A stretch of 64,000 nucleotides of DNA, from NCBI GenBank assembly GCA_016700095.1, contig CP065002.1, positions 112,463-176,462 of the forward strand. Direction: 5' to 3'. Source of the stretch: Candidatus Woesebacteria bacterium (lineage in GTDB: Bacteria > Patescibacteriota > Microgenomatia > UBA8517). The position numbers and the translations under genes were made by a program. Under the pieces are notes generated by a model, which did not search any database, had not been told where the DNA came from, and was given only the letters and a program-made list of their open reading frames with translations. Positions 1-8,463 of the stretch are shown piece after piece (the first letter of the stretch is position 1; every line of letters begins with the position of its first letter).

Positions 1-219
1 TGCGGCTAAGAAGCGCTTCTTGCGGACACTGGTGTTACGCTAATGCGTAACTTGCGGCAGCATTAGGTTGCCCCAAGGTGCCGAAAAGCGCATTAAAGCG
101 CTCTGCCAGACTGGGACTTTCGTCGTCAGCATGTATTTTTTGATCCTGTATTAACGAGTTGTGATCAAACTCGACTTGCATCTTTTAAATGTACTTTCCG
201 TCGAAACCTGTACGTCCCC
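1..219 (-). ncRNA. ssrA: tmRNA (SsrA), 5' portion; the 3' end lies beyond the window start
   Basis: Minus strand reads GGGGACGUACAGGUUUCGACGG... (canonical tmRNA 5' tRNA-like start) from position 219 downward. A tag reading frame ...AAASYALA ends at a UAA that is the reverse complement of 35-37. The gene lies directly downstream of smpB on the same strand. The six-frame ORF at 189-410 is therefore spurious. Confidence 0.8.
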
Positions 220-433
220 TCGTCGGAATATGCTTCGTTTACCGCAAATTGCTTATGCTTTTTGCTTTTCACTATGCAATTCCTCCTCTCAAATCGCAAT
301 GCGATTTGTTAGAAATATCTAATACAACCAGACAAACAATTTTTCGTCCATCGCCAAGCTTAAGGACTTCAAACGCATGTCGGTTGCTCCTTTCCAATTT
401 TATTTTGTAAAATTGGGATAATACTTTAATTTT

Positions 434-880
434 TTAAATTCTATTCTTATCTTTCTCGCCCCTAAATTCTCTTTCTATTTCTCTTTCGATGTCGTGTTTT
501 TTGATACTTTCTTTTTTCTGGTGTTTGAGTTTAGATTTTGCCAAAGCAATCTCTATTTTTATTAAGCGCTTCTTAGTATACAGTCTTGTAGGCACGATAG
601 TCAATTTTTTAGCCTTGATTTTGGTTTTTATGGAAACGATTTCACTTTTATGAAGTAGGAGCTTTCTGATTCTTGCTTGGTTGTAATTTTTCTTACCTTC
701 CACCGGTATATCCGCATTGATTAGAAAAAGTTCATCTTCCATAACTTTTACATGTGAGTTGGAAAGATTGGCATGACCTCCCCGAATTGCTTTTACTTCA
801 CCGCCTAAAAGCGCAATTCCTGCCTCATACTTATCAAACAGAATGTAATTAAAATTAACCTTTTTGTTTACGATATTCAT
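434..880 (-). CDS. smpB: SsrA-binding protein SmpB
   Basis: 148 aa with a typical SmpB core (FNYILFDKYEAGIALLGGEVKAIRGG ... LHKSEI) and a lysine-rich C-terminal tail. Adjacent to the tmRNA. Confidence 0.9.
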   Translation of the reverse strand: MNIVNKKVNFNYILFDKYEAGIALLGGEVKAIRGGHANLSNSHVKVMEDELFLINADIPVEGKKNYNQARIRKLLLHKSEIVSIKTKIKAKKLTIVPTRLYTKKRLIKIEIALAKSKLKHQKKESIKKHDIEREIEREFRGEKDKNRI

Positions 881-904
881 GGTAATACTATATTCTATCA
901 GTTA

Positions 905-1576
905 ATGAGTGTTTCTGACTTTTTGTTTCCTAAAAAGTGTATAACTTGCGGTAGGCAAGGCGTATATGTATGCAGGCAATGCCTGATGAAAGTCAAGTAT
1001 GCGAAATCTATTTGTCCAATGTGTGGGAAGAGTTCAATAGATGGCGTGACACATGTAGCATGCCTAAAACCCTTGGGTATGGATGGGCTTACCTCGTTGT
1101 GGGAATATACAGGGGTAATAAAAAAGGCAATCGGCAAGCTCAAGTTTCAGTTTGCGACAGAAATTGCCAATGAACTAACCAAAGGCTTTGTGATTTCAAT
1201 GAGATCAGCCGATAAACCGTTGCCAATAAATGTTACCTTGATACCGATTCCGCTTCATAGAATTAGGAAAAACTGGAGAGGTTTTAATCAAGTGGAGATT
1301 ATTGGACAACACCTGGCGAAATATTACCGGTGGGGATTTGAACCTGATTTGTTGGTTCGACATGCAAATACGCTCCCTCAATCAAAACTTGCCAAAGATG
1401 AAAGAAGTAAAAACGTGCTTGGGATATTTTCTGTTTCCGAAAACAAGAGTGTGCAAAATGCCAATTTTGTATTGTTGGATGATGTGTGGACAACGGGATC
1501 TACGATGAAAGAGGCGACTAAAGTATTAAAAAGACACGGTTCGGGAAAAGTCTGGGGAATTACCCTGGCTCACTAA
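905..1576 (+). CDS. ComF family protein (double zinc ribbon plus phosphoribosyltransferase domain)
   Basis: N-terminal CxxC...CxxC...CxxC zinc ribbon; C-terminal PRTase motif VLLDDVWTTGST. Confidence 0.75.
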   Translation: MSVSDFLFPKKCITCGRQGVYVCRQCLMKVKYAKSICPMCGKSSIDGVTHVACLKPLGMDGLTSLWEYTGVIKKAIGKLKFQFATEIANELTKGFVISMRSADKPLPINVTLIPIPLHRIRKNWRGFNQVEIIGQHLAKYYRWGFEPDLLVRHANTLPQSKLAKDERSKNVLGIFSVSENKSVQNANFVLLDDVWTTGSTMKEATKVLKRHGSGKVWGITLAH

Positions 1577-1595
1577 ACCAGTTTGCCTTGTCTAG

Positions 1596-2126
1596 TCAGT
1601 TGAATTTGATAGAAGGCAGCAGCAAGTTGAATAGTACCCATTGTGATAAAAGGACGTCAAATGAAAAATTCTGAACAATCAGCCCGCCAACAATAATGGC
1701 CAATCCGCCCAGTATTTTTCCCTCGCCGTCTGCTAGACCCCAGACTGTTCCTGTTGTTTTTGGGTTTGAATATTTGTCGTAAAGCGCATACCAAGTAGGG
1801 TTGCTAAGAGAAAGTGCTAGGCCTAAACCGGCCTGAACTAAAATTAGGTGAAGTGGTGTTGCGACAAATAAGTAGCAGAAAGTAAACAAAGCTGTCAAAA
1901 AATAACCTAAAACAAGAATCTTCTCTTTTTTGTGATGGTCTGAGTATTTACCAATTATTATTACAAACATACCGGTAACAATAAGATAAATCGCCCAAGC
2001 CCAAGCGACGTCGAGAATGTCGCCTCCTACTTTTTCAGCAAATATTGCAAAAAGAGGACCCAACATGCCGTCTGCGAAATTCCACATATTACTACTAATT
2101 AATAGTACTTTTTCATTACGATTCAT
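1596..2126 (-). CDS. MFS transporter, N-terminal half only (C-terminally truncated, possible pseudogene)
   Basis: 176 aa with about 5-6 TM segments and an MFS-like N-terminus. The stop lies 20 bp from the comF stop, so there is no room for a C-terminal half. Confidence 0.45.
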   Translation of the reverse strand: MNRNEKVLLISSNMWNFADGMLGPLFAIFAEKVGGDILDVAWAWAIYLIVTGMFVIIIGKYSDHHKKEKILVLGYFLTALFTFCYLFVATPLHLILVQAGLGLALSLSNPTWYALYDKYSNPKTTGTVWGLADGEGKILGGLAIIVGGLIVQNFSFDVLLSQWVLFNLLLPSIKFN

Positions 2127-2175
2127 TGTCTAATGATACTCTTTTTCGATTACTCGCGAATGAGGTATATTGTAA

Positions 2176-2607
2176 TTATTTAGAAATTAACCCAGGATTT
2201 TTTGCGGCTTTTTGAATAATCATTTTTAATGCAGGTAGGTTTATGTCTTCTAATTTTCTAAACCTAATACAGCTTTTCCCGACACTCACTTTTCCAAATT
2301 TTTCTTTGTATTTCTCTGCAATATACTCACCACCTTCGATTGCACAAATATAAATACTTACGTAATTTTTCTGATTAGCCAGAGCTATGATTGGCCAGTT
2401 TAATTTTTCTTTCTTGTAATTAGTGTAGGGGAAAGAGCCATACCCAAGCATATTGTGTGCAAAGTACACCCTTAAGTTTGGAGCCGCCTTGTGGATAAAG
2501 TTATGTAGAGTATTTACCATCTCTTTTCTTTCATCAGGCACCAAAGCAAGGTATGTTGATATTGAAGTAGCCCTACTTTCTTTAAACATATTCATAAACG
2601 TTTTCAC
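2176..2607 (-). CDS. DUF1801 / YdhG-like domain protein
   Basis: 143-aa protein; family-level resemblance only. Confidence 0.45.
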   Translation of the reverse strand: MKTFMNMFKESRATSISTYLALVPDERKEMVNTLHNFIHKAAPNLRVYFAHNMLGYGSFPYTNYKKEKLNWPIIALANQKNYVSIYICAIEGGEYIAEKYKEKFGKVSVGKSCIRFRKLEDINLPALKMIIQKAAKNPGLISK

Positions 2608-2621
2608 TATTCAATTCACGG

Positions 2622-3635
2622 TTAATAAAGATTGTAACTTATATACGTTCCCTTGCAGGGATGTCCATAGCAAAAACTTGCTTGTAGTTCGGATGGAATA
2701 AAAATTGCCGAACCGATTGTCTCGTTCTCGCGGCAAATGGGATATTCATTGTCATTCGTGTCGGAGAGAATCCGTTTTATATCCTCGTCAGTCATATTGG
2801 TTGTTAACAACGAATATGCTCTTTCATATCGTGCATCCGAACTTTTGGTGTGAAACTTTTCAAGCGGTTTTAACTCATTAGTTAGATAATGATTGGTGTG
2901 CACATACGGTTCGTTAATAATATTTTGAATTCCGAGTTTATCTCCCGCGATTTCAATATTTCTAATTTCATTTCCGCACGCCAAGACATGGTTAAACCCG
3001 GACGCCTTATTGGTATTTCTAATTAACCTTTCGGCTTCATCAAGACTTTTTGTTTCCAATATTGCTCTGGCAACGTAGTTTTTAGGGACACCAATTTGTG
3101 CTGTTTGATAAATATCGTTTATGCATTGAACCAATCCCGCGTTGTTTAACGAAGCGGCGGAACCTGGAATTACAGACATATAGTTAAGTCCAATAAAAGC
3201 AATATTCTCAATTTCAATTTCAAGAATACATATTTCACTCAGTGCGCTAATCGACCAGTCTTCGTTGTGTCCAATGACAAGTTTTCCCTTGTCAAACCCA
3301 GCCACCACGGTGCAATGATCGATATTAGCTGAATGTTTTTTGTCGTGTGCTTCGGCTTCGTCGAACACTTCTCGGTTATTCATGAAAAAATATTCAACAA
3401 GCGGAATACCTGCAGCCTTGGCAATTTCTGTTGTTTCTTTCATTAAATGAGGAAAGAAGTATCTTGTTATATCCAAACATTTTTGGGATTTGGTTAAATA
3501 ACTTTCATAATTAGGAATGGAGCGTCTTCTTTCCTTTATCCTTTGTGTGATTTTATCCCTAAATGTGTTTCCCAAAAATTCACCTACTTTTTCGTAGTTT
3601 CCTGACACTTTGTAGTACGGAAGATTTTTTGTCAT
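2622..3635 (-). CDS. Ntn-hydrolase, peptidase C45 (acyl-CoA:6-APA acyltransferase-like) family
   Basis: CTVVAGFDKGKLVIGHNEDW motif (putative N-terminal nucleophile Cys after processing, plus HNEDW), typical of the C45 / choloylglycine-hydrolase fold. Confidence 0.5.
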   Translation of the reverse strand: MTKNLPYYKVSGNYEKVGEFLGNTFRDKITQRIKERRRSIPNYESYLTKSQKCLDITRYFFPHLMKETTEIAKAAGIPLVEYFFMNNREVFDEAEAHDKKHSANIDHCTVVAGFDKGKLVIGHNEDWSISALSEICILEIEIENIAFIGLNYMSVIPGSAASLNNAGLVQCINDIYQTAQIGVPKNYVARAILETKSLDEAERLIRNTNKASGFNHVLACGNEIRNIEIAGDKLGIQNIINEPYVHTNHYLTNELKPLEKFHTKSSDARYERAYSLLTTNMTDEDIKRILSDTNDNEYPICRENETIGSAIFIPSELQASFCYGHPCKGTYISYNLY

Positions 3636-3736
3636 TTACGCTACATTAGCCTGTTTGGTAAATAAATTCAACACATCAGGGGAAGAATATAAAATTACGA
3701 TGACTAAAACATAAGAAATTAAGAAAAGTTGGAGGT

Positions 3737-3844
3737 GAGCGGAGGAGGTGGGATTCCTTTCGGCTCACTATGTTCGCTCAAGGCAAGCTTCTCATCCCGA
3801 TTTATAAAACAAAATACCTCACACTTTGGTGAGGATTTTTGTTA
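3737..3844. repeat. About 108-nt unit = tRNA-Ser 3'-terminal 18 nt (GCGGAGGAGGTGGGATTC on +) + 63-nt conserved segment + terminator hairpin. Copy A, immediately 3' of tRNA-Ser(GGA).
   Basis: Same unit as the copies at 4861-5175. It begins with an exact duplicate of tRNA positions about 57-74. Confidence 0.85.
3817..3843 (-). terminator. Rho-independent terminator after tRNA-Ser(GGA), bidirectional
   Basis: CCTCAC-ACTTTG-GTGAGG hairpin followed by ATTTTTGTT on +. On the minus strand the same hairpin is followed by UAUUUUGUUUUAU. It recurs in every repeat unit. Confidence 0.5.
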
Positions 3845-3845
3845 G

Positions 3846-3929
3846 CGGAGGAGGTGGGATTCGAACCCACGTAGCCCGTAAGGACTCGGGCTTTCCAAGC
3901 CCGTGCAATTGGCCGCTATGCGACTCCTC
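3846..3929 (-). tRNA. tRNA-Ser(GGA)
   Basis: Hand-folded. Acceptor GGAGGAG/CTCCTCC, D-arm GCA..TGC, anticodon stem CGGGC/GCCCG with loop TTGGAAA (anticodon GGA), long variable arm, T-arm GTGGG-TTCGAAT-CCCAC, discriminator G. CCA is not encoded. Confidence 0.9.
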
Positions 3930-4100
3930 CATTATTATTCAAAAGATGTCGCTCAAGCTTTCGCTTATGCGACTCCTCCAAAACTTATTTACAAATCAAG
4001 AGTCGGACAAGCTTTCGCTTATGCGACTCCTCCAAATCTTTTTTACAAATCAAGAGTCGGACAAGCTTTCGCTTATGCGACTCCTCCAAAACTTATTTAT
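3930..4100. repeat. Tandem repeat, period 54 nt, about 3 copies; each carries the first 13 nt of the tRNA-Ser (rc GCGACTCCTCC..) plus about 41 nt
   Basis: GCTTATGCGACTCCTCC recurs at 54-nt spacing. The intervening sequence is also near-identical (AAACTTATTTACAAATCAAGAGTCGGACAAGCTTTC). Confidence 0.85.
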
Positions 4101-4274
4101 AAAACACTGCTTATATGTCATTAACCTAATATTTATCAAGATATAATTTATTTACTAATATGATCACCTACAAGAATGTTACGTTAGTAAATGTTATAAA
4201 ATTGTTGGTCAATAAATATATACTACTAAAGGTTAACAGGAATGAGGGTATTATATCAAAAAGTGAAGATAAAA

Positions 4275-4736
4275 TTACTTGAGATCATCTTCTTCCATCT
4301 GTTTGTCTTTACCGCTTTTTTTCCATTCGGCAAGTTCTTTGCGTGCAGCTTTCAGCATAGATTGATCTCTTTTTGATGATAGCTTTCTCGTTGCTTGTGC
4401 ATACGGAAACCATTCGCCCTTGGTAAAACCGACAGCTTCTCCTGCACTGGAAAGCTCAATCATTAAATAATACAAATGTCTTTGCGGAACGGTTTTGTCG
4501 TTTATTGTTGTTACTCCACCGGCTCGACCGGCTTCTTCTAAGACTCGTGCGGTCATTCCCGCCTGTTCGCCCATTAGTCTGATTGCGGCTCTTACGGATG
4601 ATTCACCTTTTCTGACAATTGTTTTGGGAAATTCCCACTCACCATCGTCAGATGTTTTAACTAAAAACCAATCATCTTTTTCACCCTTTTGTTTTGCAGT
4701 AACCGTACTTGAAATTAGCACTAAACTTTTATCCAT
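4275..4736 (-). CDS. NUDIX-fold protein with a degenerate NUDIX box
   Basis: GEWEFPKTIVRKGESSVRAAIRLMGEQAG aligns to the GGWEFPGGKxExGE..REL.EELG NUDIX box, but the REx and EE catalytic residues are replaced (RLM, EQ). Embedded between the two tRNA-Ser repeat arrays. Confidence 0.55.
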   Translation of the reverse strand: MDKSLVLISSTVTAKQKGEKDDWFLVKTSDDGEWEFPKTIVRKGESSVRAAIRLMGEQAGMTARVLEEAGRAGGVTTINDKTVPQRHLYYLMIELSSAGEAVGFTKGEWFPYAQATRKLSSKRDQSMLKAARKELAEWKKSGKDKQMEEDDLK

Positions 4737-4860
4737 TGTTGTTATTATACACGAAGTTTGTAAGTTATGAAGCCTGATTGAGGTTTAAGTCTCGTGTTTT
4801 TATGATTCGCTCGTGCAATGTTGGTGGATTGTGTCCACCGAAGTGAGCTTTGATGAACAT

Positions 4861-5200
4861 GGGGCAAGGAGGTGGGATTTCTTTCGGCTCACTATGTTCG
4901 CTCAAGGCAAGCTTCTCATCCCGATGCATAAAACATAAAACTTCACACTTTGGTGAGGATTTTTGTTAGCGGAGGAGGTGGGATTCCTTTCGGCTCACTA
5001 TGTTCGCTCAAGGCAAGCCTCTCATCCCGATACATAAAACTTCACACTTTGGTGAGGATTTTCTTGTTAGCGGAGGAGGTGGGATTCCTTTCGCTCACTA
5101 TGTTCGCTCAAGGCAAGCTTCTCGTCCCGATACATAAAACATAAAACTTCACACTTTGGTGAGGATTTTCTCGTTTGCGGAGGAGGTGGGATTCGCTACA
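4861..5200. repeat. Tandem array of 3 full (about 99-108 nt) units plus one partial unit: tRNA-Ser 3'-terminal 18 nt + conserved 63 nt + terminator hairpin. Lies 3' of tRNA-Ser(GCT).
   Basis: Units at about 4861-4967, 4968-5066 and 5067-5175, with a partial unit at 5176-5194. Each begins GCGGAGGAGGTGGGATT(C/T) (the first copy is GCAAGGAGGTGGG) and ends CACACTTTGGTGAGGATTTT. Confidence 0.85.
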
Positions 5201-5263
5201 CACAAATAAAATTCCTTACTTGTTGTGTCCATCGAACGCCAACTGTGACGCGAACCTCGTGAG

Positions 5264-5348
5264 CGGAGGAGGTGGGATTCGAACCCACGTAGCCGGTAAG
5301 GGCTCAGGATTAGCAATCCTGTGCAATTGGCCGCTATGCGACTCCTCC
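5264..5348 (-). tRNA. tRNA-Ser(GCT)
   Basis: Hand-folded. Same acceptor, D- and T-arms as the GGA isoacceptor. Anticodon stem CAGGA/TCCTG with loop TTGCTAA (anticodon GCT). Long variable arm, discriminator G. Confidence 0.9.
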
Positions 5349-5525
5349 AAATCTTTTTTACAAATCAAGAGTCGGACAAGCTTCCGCTTATGCGACTCCT
5401 CCAAAACTTATTTATAAATCAAGAGTCGGACAAGCTTTCGCTTATGCGACTCCTCCAAAATGTAATCATTGAGGAGAGTGCACAAAGTTCTCACGTAGTG
5501 AGGTTTTTATGCGACTCCTCCTAAA
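5349..5525. repeat. Tandem repeat (period 54 nt, then a variant unit) carrying 3 further copies of the tRNA-Ser 5'-terminal 11-13 nt
   Basis: (AT)GCGACTCCTCC occurs at about 5338, 5392, 5446 and 5512. Units are near-identical to the 3930-4100 array. The last unit contains its own CTCAC-GTA-GTGAG + T5 hairpin. Confidence 0.85.
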
Positions 5526-5742
5526 TTATTTAAAAACGCTTAAAGTAATGCACCAGAAATATTGTTAACTTTACTTCAACTAACGCTTTGGCAAGTCATT
5601 ATACCAAAGTTAAAGACTTATCAGTAGTTTTGAATTTGCTTAAATCAAATTTTGTAAGCAGATAGTTTTAAGCATTTTCATAATCAACCAATTGTTAGTT
5701 TACCAGCAATTTAATTTCTCGAATGGGTAGCAATATTAAGTT

Positions 5743-5769
5743 TGAAAAAATAAATAATAATGTATACTT
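5743..5769 (+). promoter_or_regulatory. Putative sigma70-type promoter for the 5781 gene
   Basis: TTGAAA - 15 nt - TATACT, ending 12 nt before the start codon. The spacer is short, so this is weak. Confidence 0.25.
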
Positions 5770-5780
5770 AAAGTACTAGC

Positions 5781-6335
5781 ATGGAAAAGGAAAACGTTAA
5801 GCTTGAAAAACCGGTAGAACAAGAAGATGATATCAAGCGTGTAATTGTTGAGACCCCAAACGAAAAATCGCTTTATAAATGGCGGGGGAGCGCACGAGCT
5901 TTTAAAAAACGTGATCGAGATTTTTGGGTGTCAGTTATTGCCATTGCATCGGTGACCGGTTTTATACTTTTTATTATTGAAGGGATAATTTCTGTAATAC
6001 TTATTATTTCAATCTTGTTTCTATATTACGTTTTGAGCACGGTAGAACCCGGAGAAATCGACTATGAAATTACAAACAAAAGTATTATTATTGCCGGTGA
6101 GAAAAATCCACTAGAGAATTTTATTTGGTTCTGGTTCGGACAAAGTCTTGGAAATGAAGTGTTGGTTTTGGGCTCTGTTAATATGCCCGGCAGACTTGAT
6201 TTGGTTTACAAATTAGAAGATAAAGAGAAATTGCGCAAGGTGCTTTCCCCGTATCTACCGGAACTAACCGATTCTCCAACGAGAACCGATAAAGCGACAG
6301 AATGGTTGTCAAAGAAAATCCCCGCAAATAAATAA
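5781..6335 (+). CDS. Hypothetical membrane protein (2 TM)
   Basis: 184-aa ORF with a hydrophobic core region. No recognisable domain. Confidence 0.5.
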   Translation: MEKENVKLEKPVEQEDDIKRVIVETPNEKSLYKWRGSARAFKKRDRDFWVSVIAIASVTGFILFIIEGIISVILIISILFLYYVLSTVEPGEIDYEITNKSIIIAGEKNPLENFIWFWFGQSLGNEVLVLGSVNMPGRLDLVYKLEDKEKLRKVLSPYLPELTDSPTRTDKATEWLSKKIPANK

Positions 6336-6374
6336 CTTCATCAAATACTTTCTGTGCGGTATAATAGCCAATAA

Positions 6375-6446
6375 GCTCCCGTAGTTTAATGGACAGAACA
6401 AGGCTTTGCGGAAGCCTAGATGCAGGTTCGATTCCTGCCGGGAGCA
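6375..6446 (+). tRNA. tRNA-Arg with anticodon GCG (unusual G34)
   Basis: Hand-folded. Acceptor GCTCCCG/CGGGAGC, D-arm GTTT-AATGGACA-GAAC (A20 present), anticodon stem AGGCT/AGCCT with loop TTGCGGA, T-arm GCAGG-TTCGATT-CCTGC, discriminator A. Confidence 0.75.
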
Positions 6447-6507
6447 CTTAATAAGTATTTCATGTGCTTTCGAGTTAAACATTAACTTACCAGAAAACTT
6501 TTTTAGT

Positions 6508-6592
6508 GGAGGGTTGGCAGAGTGGACAAATGCACGGGTCTCGAAAACCCGAGGGATTTTTCCCTGCACAGGTTCGAATCCTGTACCCTCCG
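6508..6592 (+). tRNA. tRNA-Ser(CGA)
   Basis: Acceptor GGAGGGT/ACCCTCC, anticodon stem CGGGT/ACCCG with loop CTCGAAA, long variable arm, T-arm ACAGG-TTCGAAT-CCTGT, discriminator G. Confidence 0.9.
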
Positions 6593-6606
6593 CACGAAAT
6601 TGAATT

Positions 6607-7071
6607 ATGATTATTAGACCATTCCAGACAAGCGACTTGTTGCAAATTAGTGAAATTGTAGCTTCATTACATCCAAAGTGGTTTGACAATAACGCCGTGG
6701 TTAATATTCCGATAGATGCACAGCTTGGAAGATCTTTTGTCGCACAAGATAATAAGAAAATTAAAGGTTTCATTATTCTTTCGTCACTTGAAGGCAAAGT
6801 GTGGATAAATTGGATAGGTGTAGATTTAAGTTTCCAAGGACAATTGTTTGGAACTAACTTATTGAAACATGCGGAGAACATCTTGAAAGATCTCGGAGTA
6901 AAAGAGTTAAGAGTTGATACGGTTATAGAACAGTTACCGGCTGATGGAAGTTATGACAAAACGATAAGATTCTATCTAAAGAATGGTTTTAAAGTTGTCA
7001 AAAAGTACAAACAGCGAACTTTCAATGAGTTTGTTTATCGAAGAGGTGTAATGTTAAAGAAACTCCATTAA
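6607..7071 (+). CDS. GNAT family N-acetyltransferase
   Basis: 154 aa with an acetyl-CoA-binding-like core (WIGVDLSFQGQLFGTNLL). Confidence 0.75.
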   Translation: MIIRPFQTSDLLQISEIVASLHPKWFDNNAVVNIPIDAQLGRSFVAQDNKKIKGFIILSSLEGKVWINWIGVDLSFQGQLFGTNLLKHAENILKDLGVKELRVDTVIEQLPADGSYDKTIRFYLKNGFKVVKKYKQRTFNEFVYRRGVMLKKLH

Positions 7072-7146
7072 ACTGTTCTACCGCGCTTATCGATTTCATT
7101 GTATTATAAGATAACTTAACCAATAAATATAAATCCGTACTCCAAT

Positions 7147-7716
7147 ATGGCAAATAAAGATATTGAAATCGAAATAAAACTACCCTTAAAAAATGCGTTG
7201 GAAGTTAAGAAGTTTCTTAATAAAAAAGGGAAGTTAGTAGCGCGCGACATATTCCAAAAAGATACTTACTTTGTACCGATACATAGGAATTTTTTAGATG
7301 TTAAATTTCCTTTTGAGTGGCTAAGGCTCAGGGAATCTTCAAAAGGTTTTTCACTAAATTACAAACATTTTTACCCTGAGAACGTAAAAAAGACCGATTA
7401 CTGTGATGAGTATGAGACAAAAATCGACGACGTTACTGTTATGAAAAAAATTCTTCAAAGTCTAGATATTAAAGAAATTGTGACGGTAGAAAAAACGAGA
7501 ACAACTTGGATATTCGAAGGTGTGGAGGTTGTGGTTGATAAGGTTAAAAATTTAGGCGATTTTATTGAACTTGAGGCAAAAACGTATTTTGAAAATCCAC
7601 GAGACGGAAAGAAGTTACTTTTTGAAACACTTAAGAAATTAAATGCACGCGTTGGAGAAGAGGATCTAAGAGGATATCCATTTAGAATTTTGGAGATGAA
7701 GGGATATAAATATTAA
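7147..7716 (+). CDS. CYTH domain protein (class IV adenylyl cyclase / triphosphatase-like)
   Basis: EIEIKL, LRLR and ELEAK signature motifs of the CYTH fold. Confidence 0.7.
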   Translation: MANKDIEIEIKLPLKNALEVKKFLNKKGKLVARDIFQKDTYFVPIHRNFLDVKFPFEWLRLRESSKGFSLNYKHFYPENVKKTDYCDEYETKIDDVTVMKKILQSLDIKEIVTVEKTRTTWIFEGVEVVVDKVKNLGDFIELEAKTYFENPRDGKKLLFETLKKLNARVGEEDLRGYPFRILEMKGYKY

Positions 7717-8125
7717 GAGTTAAATTCATTTGGGGTTTTTCAACCCAATCTTGTACACATTATTAATTTAGTTTAAACAATAAACGTGGAGTGGGTTATG
7801 AAAAATGTACACTAAAAAACCAACAAATATTTCTTGTTGAGAAATGTACAAGATTGTTGAAGATTATAGATTAACATGTTTTGGTTCACGACCTTTCGTA
7901 ACCTTGAAACTGTTTTGAAATGTAAGTATGGAGGGATATTTGTTTGCTGGAAAATTTATGCTAATTCTAATGATATTTGTGGCAGCATGGTCAACTCTTT
8001 AACAGAGTTTTTTTACTTTATAATTCAAATTATTATATGCATGTATACATTTCAGACTTGGTAGTTATTTTCTGTACAAGCACTGTTGATAAACAAATTG
8101 GCAATAACTATTACCTTGAGTTATA

Positions 8126-8383
8126 ATGAGAAGAGCGAATATGTTTAGATTTATTACAAGTCACTTTTTACCCGAAGCACACGCCCAGGCTGTTACGGAA
8201 GGAATGATTGAATCAGACGTCCCATTTTCAGACTTTGTTCGGCAATCTGAAGCCGATCCATGGCCTAAAGACGTAGACGATACACAGTTACTTACACAAG
8301 CACATCGCGACGTAAAGCATGTTATAGCAGGTGACGAAGTTGGAAGATCTGTTATAGATAGATACTTCGGGAAAGAGAGGTAG
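8126..8383 (+). CDS. Hypothetical protein
   Basis: 85-aa ORF upstream of dnaG. No recognisable domain. Confidence 0.3.
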   Translation: MRRANMFRFITSHFLPEAHAQAVTEGMIESDVPFSDFVRQSEADPWPKDVDDTQLLTQAHRDVKHVIAGDEVGRSVIDRYFGKER

Positions 8384-8463
8384 TATACTTTCAAATTACA
8401 AGTAATTGATAAATAGCATTACTTAATCCACGCACTTTGCGTTTGTGTTAAAATCGGCAAAGG

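Noticed and set aside
189-410. ORF 189-410 (+)
   Set aside because: Overlaps the tmRNA 5' domain and its promoter region on the opposite strand.
3826-5524. Six-frame ORFs (3826-4146, 3903-4124, 4950-5144, 5175-5417, 5321-5524, 5216-5404) with repetitive peptide sequences
   Set aside because: They run across tRNA genes and tRNA-derived tandem repeats. The repetitive translated sequences are artefacts of the DNA repeats.
3930-5525. Regular 54-nt periodicity of a 17-nt conserved core (GCTTATGCGACTCCTCC) looked CRISPR-like at first glance
   Set aside because: The inter-repeat segments are near-identical rather than unique spacers. The core is the reverse complement of the tRNA-Ser 5' end. No cas genes are nearby.
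6178-6881. ORFs 6309-6881 (-), 6178-6447 (-) and 6406-6603 (+)
   Set aside because: They overlap tRNA-Arg and tRNA-Ser(CGA) and, antisense, the GNAT gene. No coding signal.
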